This document shows, piece after piece, positions 1-11,300 of a DNA stretch of 64,000 bases (the stretch's first letter is position 1; every line of letters starts with the position of its first letter). The DNA is from Sphyrna mokarran (Eukaryota), in NCBI GenBank assembly GCA_024679065.1, contig JAGIQG010000011.1, forward strand, positions 60,884,001 to 60,948,000. Direction: 5' to 3'. The notes beneath the pieces were generated by a model that was not told where the DNA came from, ran no database searches, and saw only the letters and a list, made by a program, of their open reading frames with translations. Position numbers and translations under genes: made by a program.

Positions 1-489
1 TGGGAAAAGAAGATGCAAAGTTTCATCATCAATAAAAAAAATGCAATTATTGGTGGCTGGAGTTACACAATCATATCGACAGAAAGATGCACATAGATAT
101 ATATATATATACACACCATTGCAAAATACTGTTATCACTAAAGGATGTGCATTTTAGTCTTATTCATGTACACTATTTTCGCGATGAAACTCAATAATTT
201 TGTACTCACTGTTTTATACAATATGCTTCTGCTGTGTTAATATATTAACTATCTCCCAGTTATTTGAAACCCGCGGAAAGCATCTAGTTGGTTTGATATG
301 TTTCAGAATTAACTTTGCTTTTAAAAAGAAAGGTGATCACACGAGTCTTGGGCTCTCTCTGAATCTAAAAAATCTGAGTGTTGATTTTGGCGTGGGCCCT
401 TTTTTTGGCTTATTGGGAAAGACAGTGAGATCTGCAGACACAGCGGTGAATCCCTCATTACATTTCATCTGGCTTTTATTTATTTGCCC

Positions 490-610
490 AGGGCGGCGGC
501 TCTGATTGGTCGGCGTCAGCGCTGTCACTAGGAGATCACCCCGGGGGCCTGACGCCGACCTCGGTGATTGGTGGATCGCACGTGCCTGCCATTCACGTGC
601 TTCCGGTTCC
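490..610 (+). promoter_or_regulatory. Putative en1 proximal promoter (CpG-rich, no obvious TATA box)
   Basis: Two reverse CCAAT boxes (TGATTGGT at ~503 and ~565), CTGTCA Meis-type site 522-527, two CACGTG E-boxes (579-584, 594-599), CTTCCGG ETS-type site at ~600. Lies 450-550 bp upstream of the ATG. The TSS cannot be determined from sequence alone. Confidence 0.6.
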
Positions 611-667
611 CTGCAAAAAAGTGCCTGAGAGAGGCTGCGATTTAGGAGTTTGCAAAGCCCGCACTGT

Positions 668-706
668 CAGAGAGTGAGAGAGAGAGACTCACACACACAG
701 AGAGAG
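668..706. repeat. (GA)n/(CA)n compound microsatellite
   Basis: agagagtgagagagagagactcacacacacagagagag. Confidence 0.8.
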
Positions 707-957
707 GGGGAATCGGCACACGGAATCCCAAACAAAGATCAATGTAGTGCCAGCCCCAGTAAGTATGTGATGTGGGGGTGAAAACCACCACCCAGACACT
801 CGCCATGCCAAACCCCTAGGACAAGTGTCGTTTGCAAAGTGAGCTTGGGGAGGGGAAAGCCTGTGGAAAGTGATCCAGACAAGGTGCCTTTGGCTTCCCC
901 TCCTTTCGAACACGTCGCCTTTCTCAAGTGGGGAAGTCGGTGAAATTGACAGTTTTT

Positions 958-1041
958 ACCCCCCTCCTCCCCCTCCCCTTCCCCACCCCCCCTTCTCCTC
1001 CCTCTCCCCCCCCAGTCCCCCTCCCCGTCCTCCCCCCCCCC
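958..1041. repeat. C-rich low-complexity tract directly upstream of the en1 ATG
   Basis: Many C3-C10 runs, ending 6 nt before the start codon. Confidence 0.85.
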
Positions 1042-1047
1042 TGAAAT

Positions 1048-1552
1048 ATGGAAGAGCAAAAGGATCAAAACAATCGTCTGGAAAGTCGAGAATCGAGCGA
1101 GGCGGAAAGCGTTTCTCTCTCTCCACCTTTTCAGTCTCCCCAAATCCAGCCCCATCCAGCGGCGCAGCCGCCGCACAGAAACACCAACTTTTTTATTGAC
1201 AATATCCTGAGGCCGGACTTTGGGTGCAAGAAGGACAGAGATCGGGCGCAGACATCCGGCAGAGAGAACGTCAACCCGCTCACCAGGCCGTTGAACGCCT
1301 CGAGTCTGAGCCCGAGTTTAGACTGTACTGACAGCTCATCGCAGCCCTCCAAACAGCCCCAACCAAAGCAAACCGAAGGCAATGGAACTCATTCGGCAAA
1401 GTATGCAGAAAACACTGGCTCGGCGCTCATGCTTGTGGGAGCCAATGCAGAACCTATATCTAACAGTGATGGAATCAAATCAGCATCAGCAACGTCTCTT
1501 ATGTGGCCTGCCTGGGTTTATTGTACTAGATATTCAGATAGACCCTCCTCCG
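1048..1552 (+). CDS. en1: Engrailed-1 homeobox protein, coding exon 1
   Basis: ATG at 1048 (MEEQ start). EH1 Groucho-binding motif HRNTNFFIDNILRPDFG (1174-1224). EH2 Pbx hexapeptide WPAWVYCTRYSDRPSSG ends at a G/GTAAG donor (intron starts 1553), the conserved engrailed intron position. Confidence 0.97.
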
Positions 1553-4300
1553 GTAAGACATTTCATGCTTCTTGTAACACGAGCGAGAAAATAGTACACG
1601 CGAACATCCAAAATCCAACCAATTTGCTGCGGTTTTGTTCGGCCCAGAGTTAAAATTGTCCATCTAGAGTCCAATTTATTTTAAAACAAGAAAATAGGAA
1701 CGGAAGGGCAATGCGTGTAGCTGTTTTCAAACTGGCCTCGGCGAGCGGTATCTGCAAGGCTTTTTCGTTCATTTGTTTCTCTGCAACTGAAATGTGGCAT
1801 CGAAAAAGGAGAGAGAAAAAAAGGGCACCGCCGTAAAATGCATAGGAGGGTTTTTTTTAAAAAAATGTAAAGTTGTAGATGTTTCAGATCGATAGTAATG
1901 AAGTTGTACGGTTTAAACAGTTGGGCACACGCCACGGTGAAACAGCGACACGGAGCAAGACTTGGAAGTTTTGGGCCTTGATGTTTATCACAGCATTACA
2001 GGCCTGAAGGCCAGGGACTGAAGGTATAACAGACTGTGCATCCAGCTACCGTGTTGCTATTTCTAAAAGTAGTGTGGCCATCTAGAAAATTCTAAGCGAT
2101 TTTTAAATATAAAAATAAGAACAAGAGTCTTATTAATTCGAGTTGTAGAAACGTGTGAACGGATAGTTTGGTAACACAGATAGAATTAATTGAGTCCCGT
2201 CCATAATCTTCGATCAAAAATACATTATAATTATTAAATATAAAATAACTCTCAACTATATTCAATAATCCAGGCTAGAGATATATTTATCCCTGTTTTT
2301 CTAATATCTGTTTTTAGCAAAAACCTGTCACCTAATGCTTATTCTAATGTTGCTAGTGTCCATTCTGTTTCGGTGAAACCGAATATATCATTCGTTCTGG
2401 CCTCTCACGATGATGCAAAATTGTTCCTGAGCTCATTAATTCTTATCTGTTAATATAGGCCCAATATTGGTCATCTCTGGTCCCTGGCAAACAAAGGAAA
2501 ACGAATTCTGTAAATAACAGACTGGCGAATTTCACATGCTCCGTGTAACACCAAGAGCACTTCCGGATATAAATAGCACAGCCAGCCATAAATAGCATTC
2601 CTACGAGGCACGAGAATCGAAAAGCATCGGTTTGAGGAAGTGTTTGGTGTCTGCTTTCCAGTGCAAGTTTTACCGCATATCTGAGAGGACTCTCTGTGTG
2701 TGTGCGTGTGTGTGTAGTGTGCCAGGGCCTGGCTGGCTTGCTGACTCTGGTGCGTTTTGCCGAGGACCAAGAGAGATTCCTACATTAATGAAAGCGATCC
2801 TGCAAACGTCTCCGTCCAAGCCGTGTGGATCGAGCTATTCATGGCACTGGGCTCTTCAAACTAAGAAAAGCCAGCTTGATTGACGAGTTGATTGATTGAT
2901 TGAGCTGTCAGGCTAAACATTTAGCAAAACGTCACTTTTTAGCTTTTCAATCAAGTAGTAAAATGATTTTATTAACATTTGCAAGCGCAGTGTGGGCGCG
3001 TTTTTTAAATAGATATAGATTCCTTTTTTTAAATTCTTAAAGGTTTATTCCATCACAGAGTGTAATATCGAGGAGGGACGTTGTAATTATCAATTATTTT
3101 ATTAAATCTAGTCACAATATTGAGGACAGAGTTGGATCCTTGCTGCCCTTGGTAATGTGCTTCTAAATTGATATGCCTCCTCTGCCTTACTCACACTTGG
3201 CTGATTAGTCTCATGTTACTCTCATAAGGTTATGTAATGCAGAAGTTGCTGTGGCAGGATTATCCAAGATAAATTTGCTGTAAATCAGAGATTTAAGCGA
3301 AATCTGGGGTTTATCTGGAACTTGATGATAATACGGCACGCACACGCAACATCACAGTGTCCCATTTTACACAGGCTCGCTGCTATTTCCTGCGCATTTA
3401 ATACATAGTGGGATTCCCCCCGTCTCTGCATGTTACTCCAGTGTTTTCTGATCTTTGCTGAGTTTGGTAATCCAGTCTGAAGGCACGGGCCTAAATTTAC
3501 TGGATCGTTTCATCGGAAACACTTGCAAGCAGAAATCAGCCCGCCGAATAAACCTTGTAAGTGTTGATTGAAAATTGAAACAGCGTCCAGCTCAGAAGTT
3601 GAACTGCCTCACGCTCTGTGTCGAACCGATTCTAGTTCACAAATTATGTGCTGTTGCCATTAAAAAGGCGGCGCATTTTCCCCCCACGTAGGTAGGCGAC
3701 ATTGAGACAGGTTGTCTATTGGCAGAAACACATTTCCAGGAGTATTTTGTAAGTAAAGGATAATCAGGAATGCGGAGGGACTCCCTTCCAGATGACAATT
3801 ATTTCAACTTTCCATTTTCACTTCTGCGGCTGGGTGATATTTCTGAGAAACGCGTGCGATTTTATCGCTTTGTTTACATTACATTTTGCATCCAGTAACT
3901 AGCACAATGTGCAAACTTTTACAACGTTAATGAATGTTAATACACAGGGAAAAAAATTAACGAAATAAAAATGAAACATGCAGTCCCAGCAGGATAAGAA
4001 AAGAGACTGCAGTGTGAACTAAAACATCAAATTAAAGGTCTTTTCCCTCTGGTAGCACTGTTCTGTTGTGGGAAATGTACTTTGCGCCATTTTGTTCATT
4101 TTAAAACTATAAATATGGCCGCCTATTTAAAGGGCGCCTATGCATTTTGCGATATGTATATATTTCACAATCTGGCCCTCTGAAGGTGTTGAACGCTCTT
4201 TGTTTAAAAGAGGAATATTAAAGTGTGACCATTTGTTTTTTTCTTTCTCTCTCCCCCTCCCTATCTTTCCCTCTGTATGTCTCTATCGCCGTTTCCACAG
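1553..4300 (+). other. en1: en1 intron (2748 bp, GT-AG, phase 1)
   Basis: GTAAG at 1553, CT-rich tract 4232-4297, AG at 4299-4300; reading frame preserved across the junction. Confidence 0.95.
2694..2716. repeat. (TG)n microsatellite in the en1 intron
   Basis: tgtgtgtgtgcgtgtgtgtgt. Confidence 0.8.
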
Positions 4301-4620
4301 GTCCCCGCACTCGGAAACTGAAGAAGAAGAAAAGCGAAAAGGAAGATAAGCGGCCGCGGACGGCGTTCACAGCCGAGCAGCTTCAGAGACTCAAAGCCGA
4401 GTTCCAGACCAATCGCTACATCACAGAGCAGCGGCGGCAAACTTTAGCACAAGAACTCAGTCTGAACGAGTCCCAGATCAAAATCTGGTTCCAGAACAAG
4501 CGGGCCAAGATCAAGAAAGCCAGTGGTCTGAAGAACAGCTTGGCTCTCCATCTCATGGCGCAGGGACTTTACAATCATTCCACCACCACAATTCAAGACG
4601 AGAAGGAGGACAGTGACTGA
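4301..4620 (+). CDS. en1: Engrailed-1 homeobox protein, coding exon 2 (EH3, homeodomain, EH5)
   Basis: Polypyrimidine tract and CAG acceptor at 4298-4300; phase-1 junction rebuilds [13 protein letters not shown]. Homeodomain DKRPRTAFT...[13 protein letters not shown]5 [17 protein letters not shown] at 4618-4620. [20 protein letters not shown] and LALHL are En1-type rather than En2-type. Spliced CDS 825 nt = 274 aa. Confidence 0.97.
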
Positions 4621-5320
4621 AGTTGTTCCGTTTTATCCAATTTGAATAAAGGACTGTGACAGGTGCTATTTAAATTCGATCTGCGTGTATCTATATGGAC
4701 TGAAGTATAATTCAAGCATTTTAAAATTATATATAACCAAACACATTATGGCGTTGTATATATTTAATTTCAGGTAAGGAGATGTCTAGCGATCCCTACT
4801 TGATGGAGATTTTATCATTTCGTTCTCAATGTTGTCGCTAATTGTTTTAGTCAATGTCGGTCAGGTCTAGAGATTTTATGTGAACCCCGTCTTTTTTTCT
4901 GAACTTGTTCAGAAATTATAGAGAGACTACATAATGAATCGCCGCTACATGCCAAAGATTTTACTATGTTCAAAATGATGTAGCTTCAAATAAAATGTAG
5001 ACTGTGCTCGGTGCACACTCTGACTAATAGTTTGGTATCGCACTTGTTATTTTCCTGCTGGACTCTAATTTTGGTTTAAGGGACCCATCCAAACACAGTC
5101 AGCACCAAAGGTGAACTAAATGCTGGCAGTGATAATTAAGCATCTCAGCTAAGATCCCTGGCCCTCGTTTAAGTCGTCAACACAAATCTGACATCTTTTA
5201 ATAGCACCAAATGTTACTTTGTAAAATGCACCCTAATTGGCATTTTTAAAAAAAATAAAACAAGCATTATATGAGGAGTGGGAGGCACCTTGTACATTAA
5301 AGTTTGTTAAACACAGTGCA
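4621..5320 (+). other. en1: Probable en1 3' UTR with candidate polyadenylation signals
   Basis: AATAAA at 5254-5259; TGTA (5291) followed by ATTAAA (5296-5301). More proximal AATAAA at ~4646 and ~4989. The 3' end is inferred. Confidence 0.5.
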
Positions 5321-8300
5321 TCACTATTGATTGAAAAAAATCACTTCTGTAAAAAAACAGTTTGAGGTTGGACCTGAAGCATCTTTGGGCACTATTGCAA
5401 AAAAAAACAGAAGTAATATTACAATACCTGCCAATCGATATTTGAGTGTTTGGCTTAGCGCCGAATGTCCCGTTTTGGAGGCGCGGTTTCCATTCATTTT
5501 CTGCTCTTTCAGTAAAAGCGTGCATTAGGAATAACACTTATAGAATTGAAGTTTGAGATACTGTTTTGCGAGATCTTACACGCGCATGTATATGTTATAT
5601 AATGTGTGCGTTATTCAAATATATCTCTCCGTGTGTTACATAAAGGTACACAATTATTCATTTTCATGTATCCTGCAGGCAAATTGTTTAATTACATTTT
5701 AGTTCCTGCGACAAAATGGAGAAGGATTAGGGGCAGACGTTTGTTTTATGTTCCAACTTACTTTTGCTACGTTTGCTTTGCAAACAGGATGCCCACAGAG
5801 GTTTCTCTAACGAGTTTCGCCTTTGTTGGAAACACATTTCAAACAGAAAATCGCAAACTTTTTTTATATAAAAAAAACTTTTCGTAATATTGTCGTTTCG
5901 CTGGTGTAAATGACAATATTGTCCCCCTTATGTGGAACCAGATGGTTATCAATGCAAGGCCCAACGTTAATAAACCCCAGGTGATAGTTGCGAAAAGAAA
6001 CGGCTTTTGGGATAAATTAAGATTGTTCTTTCAGTCGGCGAGAATTGTTGGCATTTATTTTAAAATGAGAAAACATTTAGCAGAAACTTTTCGACTTTCC
6101 TTTTCAGGGAGATTTCCGATAATAATTTGTCCTTTCAACTGTATTGTCTGATACTCATTCCTTTATCTATAATCGTCTGATATCCGGGTCATCAGTCACC
6201 AGATCCTTAACACTGGGGAAGCTGCTGCCTCTCAGTCGTGGTGTGTTAGAACATTGTAAATGTAAAACCATTTCCGATTTAATTATTTGTAAGTTCTAGT
6301 TCTAAAAGCAATGTGGACTTAACATTTCGCTAAAAAAATAGCGGTCAGAGGGAAAAAAATATTGCAGGTACTTTGATTCGCTCCCCCCTTGCAGGCTGAA
6401 AATAGAGGAAGCTTTTGCCATAATTCTCATCTTACTGTTTTTAAAGTAAAACAAAATCGAGTTAGTTTTGGAAGAGAAATGTGAGGCATGTTTAGACAGA
6501 AAGAGGGACAAAGATACCGGAAATACGCTGCCCAGTGGTTTGAAGCATTACTTGTCAAGATAACTGTCCAAATATGCTGAAATGTGGAAATGATGCGATA
6601 AAATGACACCGGCGTTAGCAATTTTAAAACTACCAATCGCCCAAAAAAGAGGCCTAAACGACGTGTTGAAAGTCATCACTTCTGGTAGAATTTCATTCAA
6701 TTAGTGTCAGAAATAAATACTCATTTTACGAGATAATGAAATCTGAAGGACGGGGGAGGGGTGGCGGTGGGGGCGGAGGAGTGTGGACAGCAAGAGGAAG
6801 GCGATTTTCCCAGCACAGATCCACGATATCTGCAAGCAAGGAAATAACTGCTGCTAAAAGACGCCTTAGCAAGAAAAGTCAATATAGTTAGATTGAAAAT
6901 GACATATGGAACAGAAGTTGCCTTTTATTTTCTTCGCCCGACCGTCTAACATGTTGGTGCAAATATGGGAAGTTTATCATCAGTGTAAAATACAATCGAG
7001 TTAACCAGAGGAAAATTTCCATGGTCAGATTTTTAATAATGATCAGGTGCCCACCCACAATTGTAGAATCTCTTCAACACCCGCATCAGGAAAGAATGTT
7101 CCCTTTTGATGTAAAGTACGAAATGCACATTGTATCAAATATAGATATGTATATATAGGAATGATCGCATTATGCTTAATTTTTGTTGGTGCAAAGTGAA
7201 GATAGAACTGCAATCAAAAGCCCAAATCTTCCCCGAACATGAAAATGTGGATTTACAGCGCACTCGTGACAGCGCTAGGAAGACTCACGAGTTAACAATA
7301 AAACATTATACAATAAGATTGTATTGAGGAGTCAGGTATAACCCCACACCTGTGGAGTAGGAGCGGTTGTTGCCTGCGTGGGAATTGTCTCCAATATTTG
7401 CGACCAAAAATGAAAATAACAGGAAACTCCCAATTCCCAGAATTGTCTGAAGTCTCTATTTCGCTCTCAGCTGTTTTTACATGCCAACCAAGCATTTCTG
7501 TTTTATTCTTGGCTGGACTCAGACCCTTATTTCCTAGAGGACAATAAAATAAAGCTTATCGTCATATTTCGGGCACCTAGTCAGATTTGCAGAGTTTTTC
7601 CCTTGAAGCACTTCCAACCAGTCACTGACGCACTGGTAAATCCGAAACCTGTGCCCCTTCAGCACAATCCCTTAAAACGTAGCGAGGAATTGCCAAATAT
7701 AGTTAATAAGCAACTCAGTTCTAATTTAGAACTGGGGAGATTATCGGAGCCTTTGAACTCCCATGGTAAGTGAATATTGGCCTAATGATGGGGGATTTTT
7801 TGCACAAATTCCGATGTTGAGAACCCGCGCGAGCAAATTCAAATTAGCGCCCTCTAGCTTTGGCTCTGAGTAGGGAAAGTGCCTAATTTCCCCATTACAA
7901 TTTAATCATATACTGTGTATCACCTGAATGTTGCTTATTTTAATTATAGAACCGATAAATATAACTTCTTGTTCGAGGAATTAGAAATTTTTTTTTAAAT
8001 ATTCTGCGGATTATCCTCTTCTCGCGAATTTTGCTTTGCGAAGCAAAAGTTTATTATAGAATAAGAATCCCTATAGCATAGAAAGAGGAAAGAATTTGAC
8101 CAGCGAAACTTGTATTTTAGCAAGTTATATTTATGTTGCACAGTGTGAACTGTTGCTTAAAAGAGACACCACGATGGAGTTGCGAATTGTTGGATTTTTT
8201 TGAGTTTTGGCAAGATAGTGTCCAATGAGTAAATTGTGTTTGGATTTCATGTGTGCCTGTTTGAAAATCTTTGCCAGCAGCTTCAATTATTACTAAACGC

Positions 8301-11300
8301 ACTGCATTATAGCTAAACGCAATGCATTAAAACCGAAAACCTACACAGTATGACAAAGCGTGGATTATATATATATAATATATATATAAATAGATAATTT
8401 CAGTTAAGCCAACATACATACTTGAAGGCCCCATTTCAAAGATTCGAACGAAACTCATCATAGTTCTGCAGAACAACATTTATTTTATTACGTTTAAACA
8501 TAAGGCAACTAATTCTATTCTATATATGTATATCCATACACATGCATATCGGAAGCCTACGTTTGCTCTGGTTTAATATTAAATATGAAACATAATGTTA
8601 CGCCGCATCATGTTATCTTAACGTATTCTTGGGAAATGAAAACTATTGTTTAATTTTACTTTCTCTTCCTCAAGCATCAAATTTATTGTTACATTGTTAC
8701 AAAAAAGAATAATTTCTAATTAATGTTAACGCAAATAAAAAGCTCGTGAGTATGAAGTGATCCTATACGTTTCTTGGTTTATAAATGGTTACTTTCTGGA
8801 AAGTAAAATTAAACAGGGCAAATGTGATACAATGCTGTTTAATTTGAGTTGTTCAGGAGGGATTTGCACGCAAAATAATTTCCACCAAACAGTTTCGAGA
8901 ACAGGACACAAAATTTAGTTCAAGTGTGTTATTTCGACAGAAGTAGTCAGCATCAATGTGAAAGAGATAACTGTATTGGTTAAATTTCGGTAGCACGTCA
9001 CTCGGTGCATTGTACTGTAAACTTTTACACTATGACACAGGACAGATAAAGTGAAAATATCCTATTATCGTGTAGCCTGTATTCTGGAACCTCCTAGTGG
9101 AGTTAAAAAAAAGAAGCGTGTTATCGTCGATGTTGTTATATGATGTTATACTGAGCGAAACTCATCTTCCGTGCTCTGAATAATATGAATTACTTGCCAT
9201 TTTAACTGGCGGAGGAGACATTCTTTGACGTGGCCGCGGAAAAAAAAGTAAAGTTGCGTGTTCCGTGAACTGTATCTGCAGGCATAATAGTTGTAATATT
9301 TTTGTAATATTTTAATAAAACACCAAGTCATCTTATGGATAATAGGAATATTTATAAATGTGCACATAACAAATCAAGAATTGAGATACGTATGTTGATA
9401 CATACATGCATGAAGGCTTTTTCTTATATCTGTGCACACTTTCGGCACATCTGAAGAACATATGTAGATTTTTACTGCATTCATATTACTGTGTCAGGAT
9501 AGCGCACTCCCAACACATTCCACTCAAACACTTAGTTGAGATGATATTCATTATTTACTATGCTACCATTATGTCCGACCAGATTATATTTAAACGTCCC
9601 CTTTCATAATGGTTGATATTAATGTGAATGGACACACCACGCTGCACAGATTGAATGTAAAACGGGAAGGGAGGGTGTTTATTTTCCACCATTGGCAGGT
9701 ACCTGTTAGGAGTCGCGCCTGTGCCACTCTTATAAGCCGCCCTGGAGGGTCGCATCTTCTGTCCTCTGTCAGTCACCCTGTCGTCTGTGCCCCTATCCCG
9801 GAATCATATCGGGAGCGAGGAAGAGGCGGAGAACCGACTTGCCTTTGGGGGGGTCAGAGAACAGATTCTGGAGAGCCAGGATACATTAATAGAACATACT
9901 GTATCTGATCTTATCAGCCTTATGTCTGTGTGTTATAGACACAGAGAAAGAGGGCCAGTAGCTCTTCCTTACAAAAATGAATGCGATATATAAAAATAGT
10001 GGAAAGATTGAAGAGTTTGATAATCATCGTCTTGCATATTTTATTTCTGGGGTTGAGGAGGAATGATGCACATTTTGCACACGTCTTGAGAACAGTGGGT
10101 GAAACTATACAAAAAAACGTTAAGGTGAATAACAAGTGGATTTGTTTTGTTGGTATATTAATTATTTCCTTTGATGCCCCCAATGAAATTAGTAGAGCTG
10201 ACGCATATCTGTAAAATTAGAATATTTGATTCCAATGTAGGTTTAGTCTAACGTAATCGAAGTTTTTGTGGTTTAATCGCGTTTTACTGTAAATGGCAAG
10301 ATTTCCGACTGGCTTTTGAGCTACCGAAAGGATTCAGTTTAAACTAAAGTTACCGACTTGATATTTGTTGTGTTCTGTGCAATAAGGCACATGCAATCTC
10401 AAACTCACCATGTCGTGCGGGGCACATCAGTAATATAACTGCTGCAATTACAGCCCCTCCTGAACTGAATAAACTACTAAATCTTAAGGATTCCGTAGGT
10501 CAGTCAGTGTTACCCAATAGGCAAACGTGAACAAACACGCTTTTATGCGTCCATTTGGTATCATGGCATACACAAATGTTGCGTGGTTAAACGCACTTTT
10601 AATGAAGTTTCCCCGCTCCCATTCAAGCATTACATCACTTATCCAAAAATCGCACCATTATTCTATTCTGGAGCCGTGGAAAAGCAGTCTAGAACCTTGA
10701 CTCAACTTTCACCCTTGTATATAAACACATTTCAATCTGGCTTGTTATTTTCTCAGCTTTCCCCATAGATACTTCTTGCACACCTTGTTTATGAGAATAT
10801 GTTCATGGCTGCAGTGAATTGTACACAGTTTCCAGATATTATGCCAAGTATTTCGAGGACAGAGGCGGGGACATCACTAACTACTTATGCTGCTCATATG
10901 AATAGTCCGTCATATAAATCAAGTTTTCCCCATCTTTTGTAAACTTGTTAATACGATATATCATTTAGTATTATTATAGCACTTATATGATCACATAATG
11001 CTACCAAGAATCAAAACTTCGTTCAGTTTAATCTAATATCTCAGCTTCACTTATTTAACCTGTTTCTTTTCGTGATGATTCACGACAAAATAACAGGCAA
11101 GCAACTTCGATTTGTTTCCCACAGTAAATGTAAATAAAAGCATAGTTAAAATTAATGTGATGTCTCTCGAAATTATCCTCCAATACTATAAGTGAGAAAA
11201 ACAGATCTATATTGATAACATTACTTAGCAAATCCTGGGGAAATCGTGTCTGTGAAAAGATAGAAGAGCTTCAGTTCACCTTACTATTGCATCCCAATGC

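Noticed and set aside
739-1199. Overlapping 145-aa (-) and 109-aa (+) ORFs with poly-Gly or poly-Pro
   Set aside because: By-products of the C-rich tract and GC-rich exon 1; no independent coding evidence.
1553-1653. Exon 1 ORF continues 33 codons into the intron (201-aa ORF)
   Set aside because: A canonical donor sits at the conserved engrailed position; the extension has no motif and nothing indicates intron retention.
3262-3318. Short intronic hairpin
   Set aside because: Too short and imperfect for a pre-miRNA; no recognisable mature sequence.
4225-4300. N-terminal extension of the 131-aa ORF
   Set aside because: It is the translated polypyrimidine tract and begins at a non-ATG codon.
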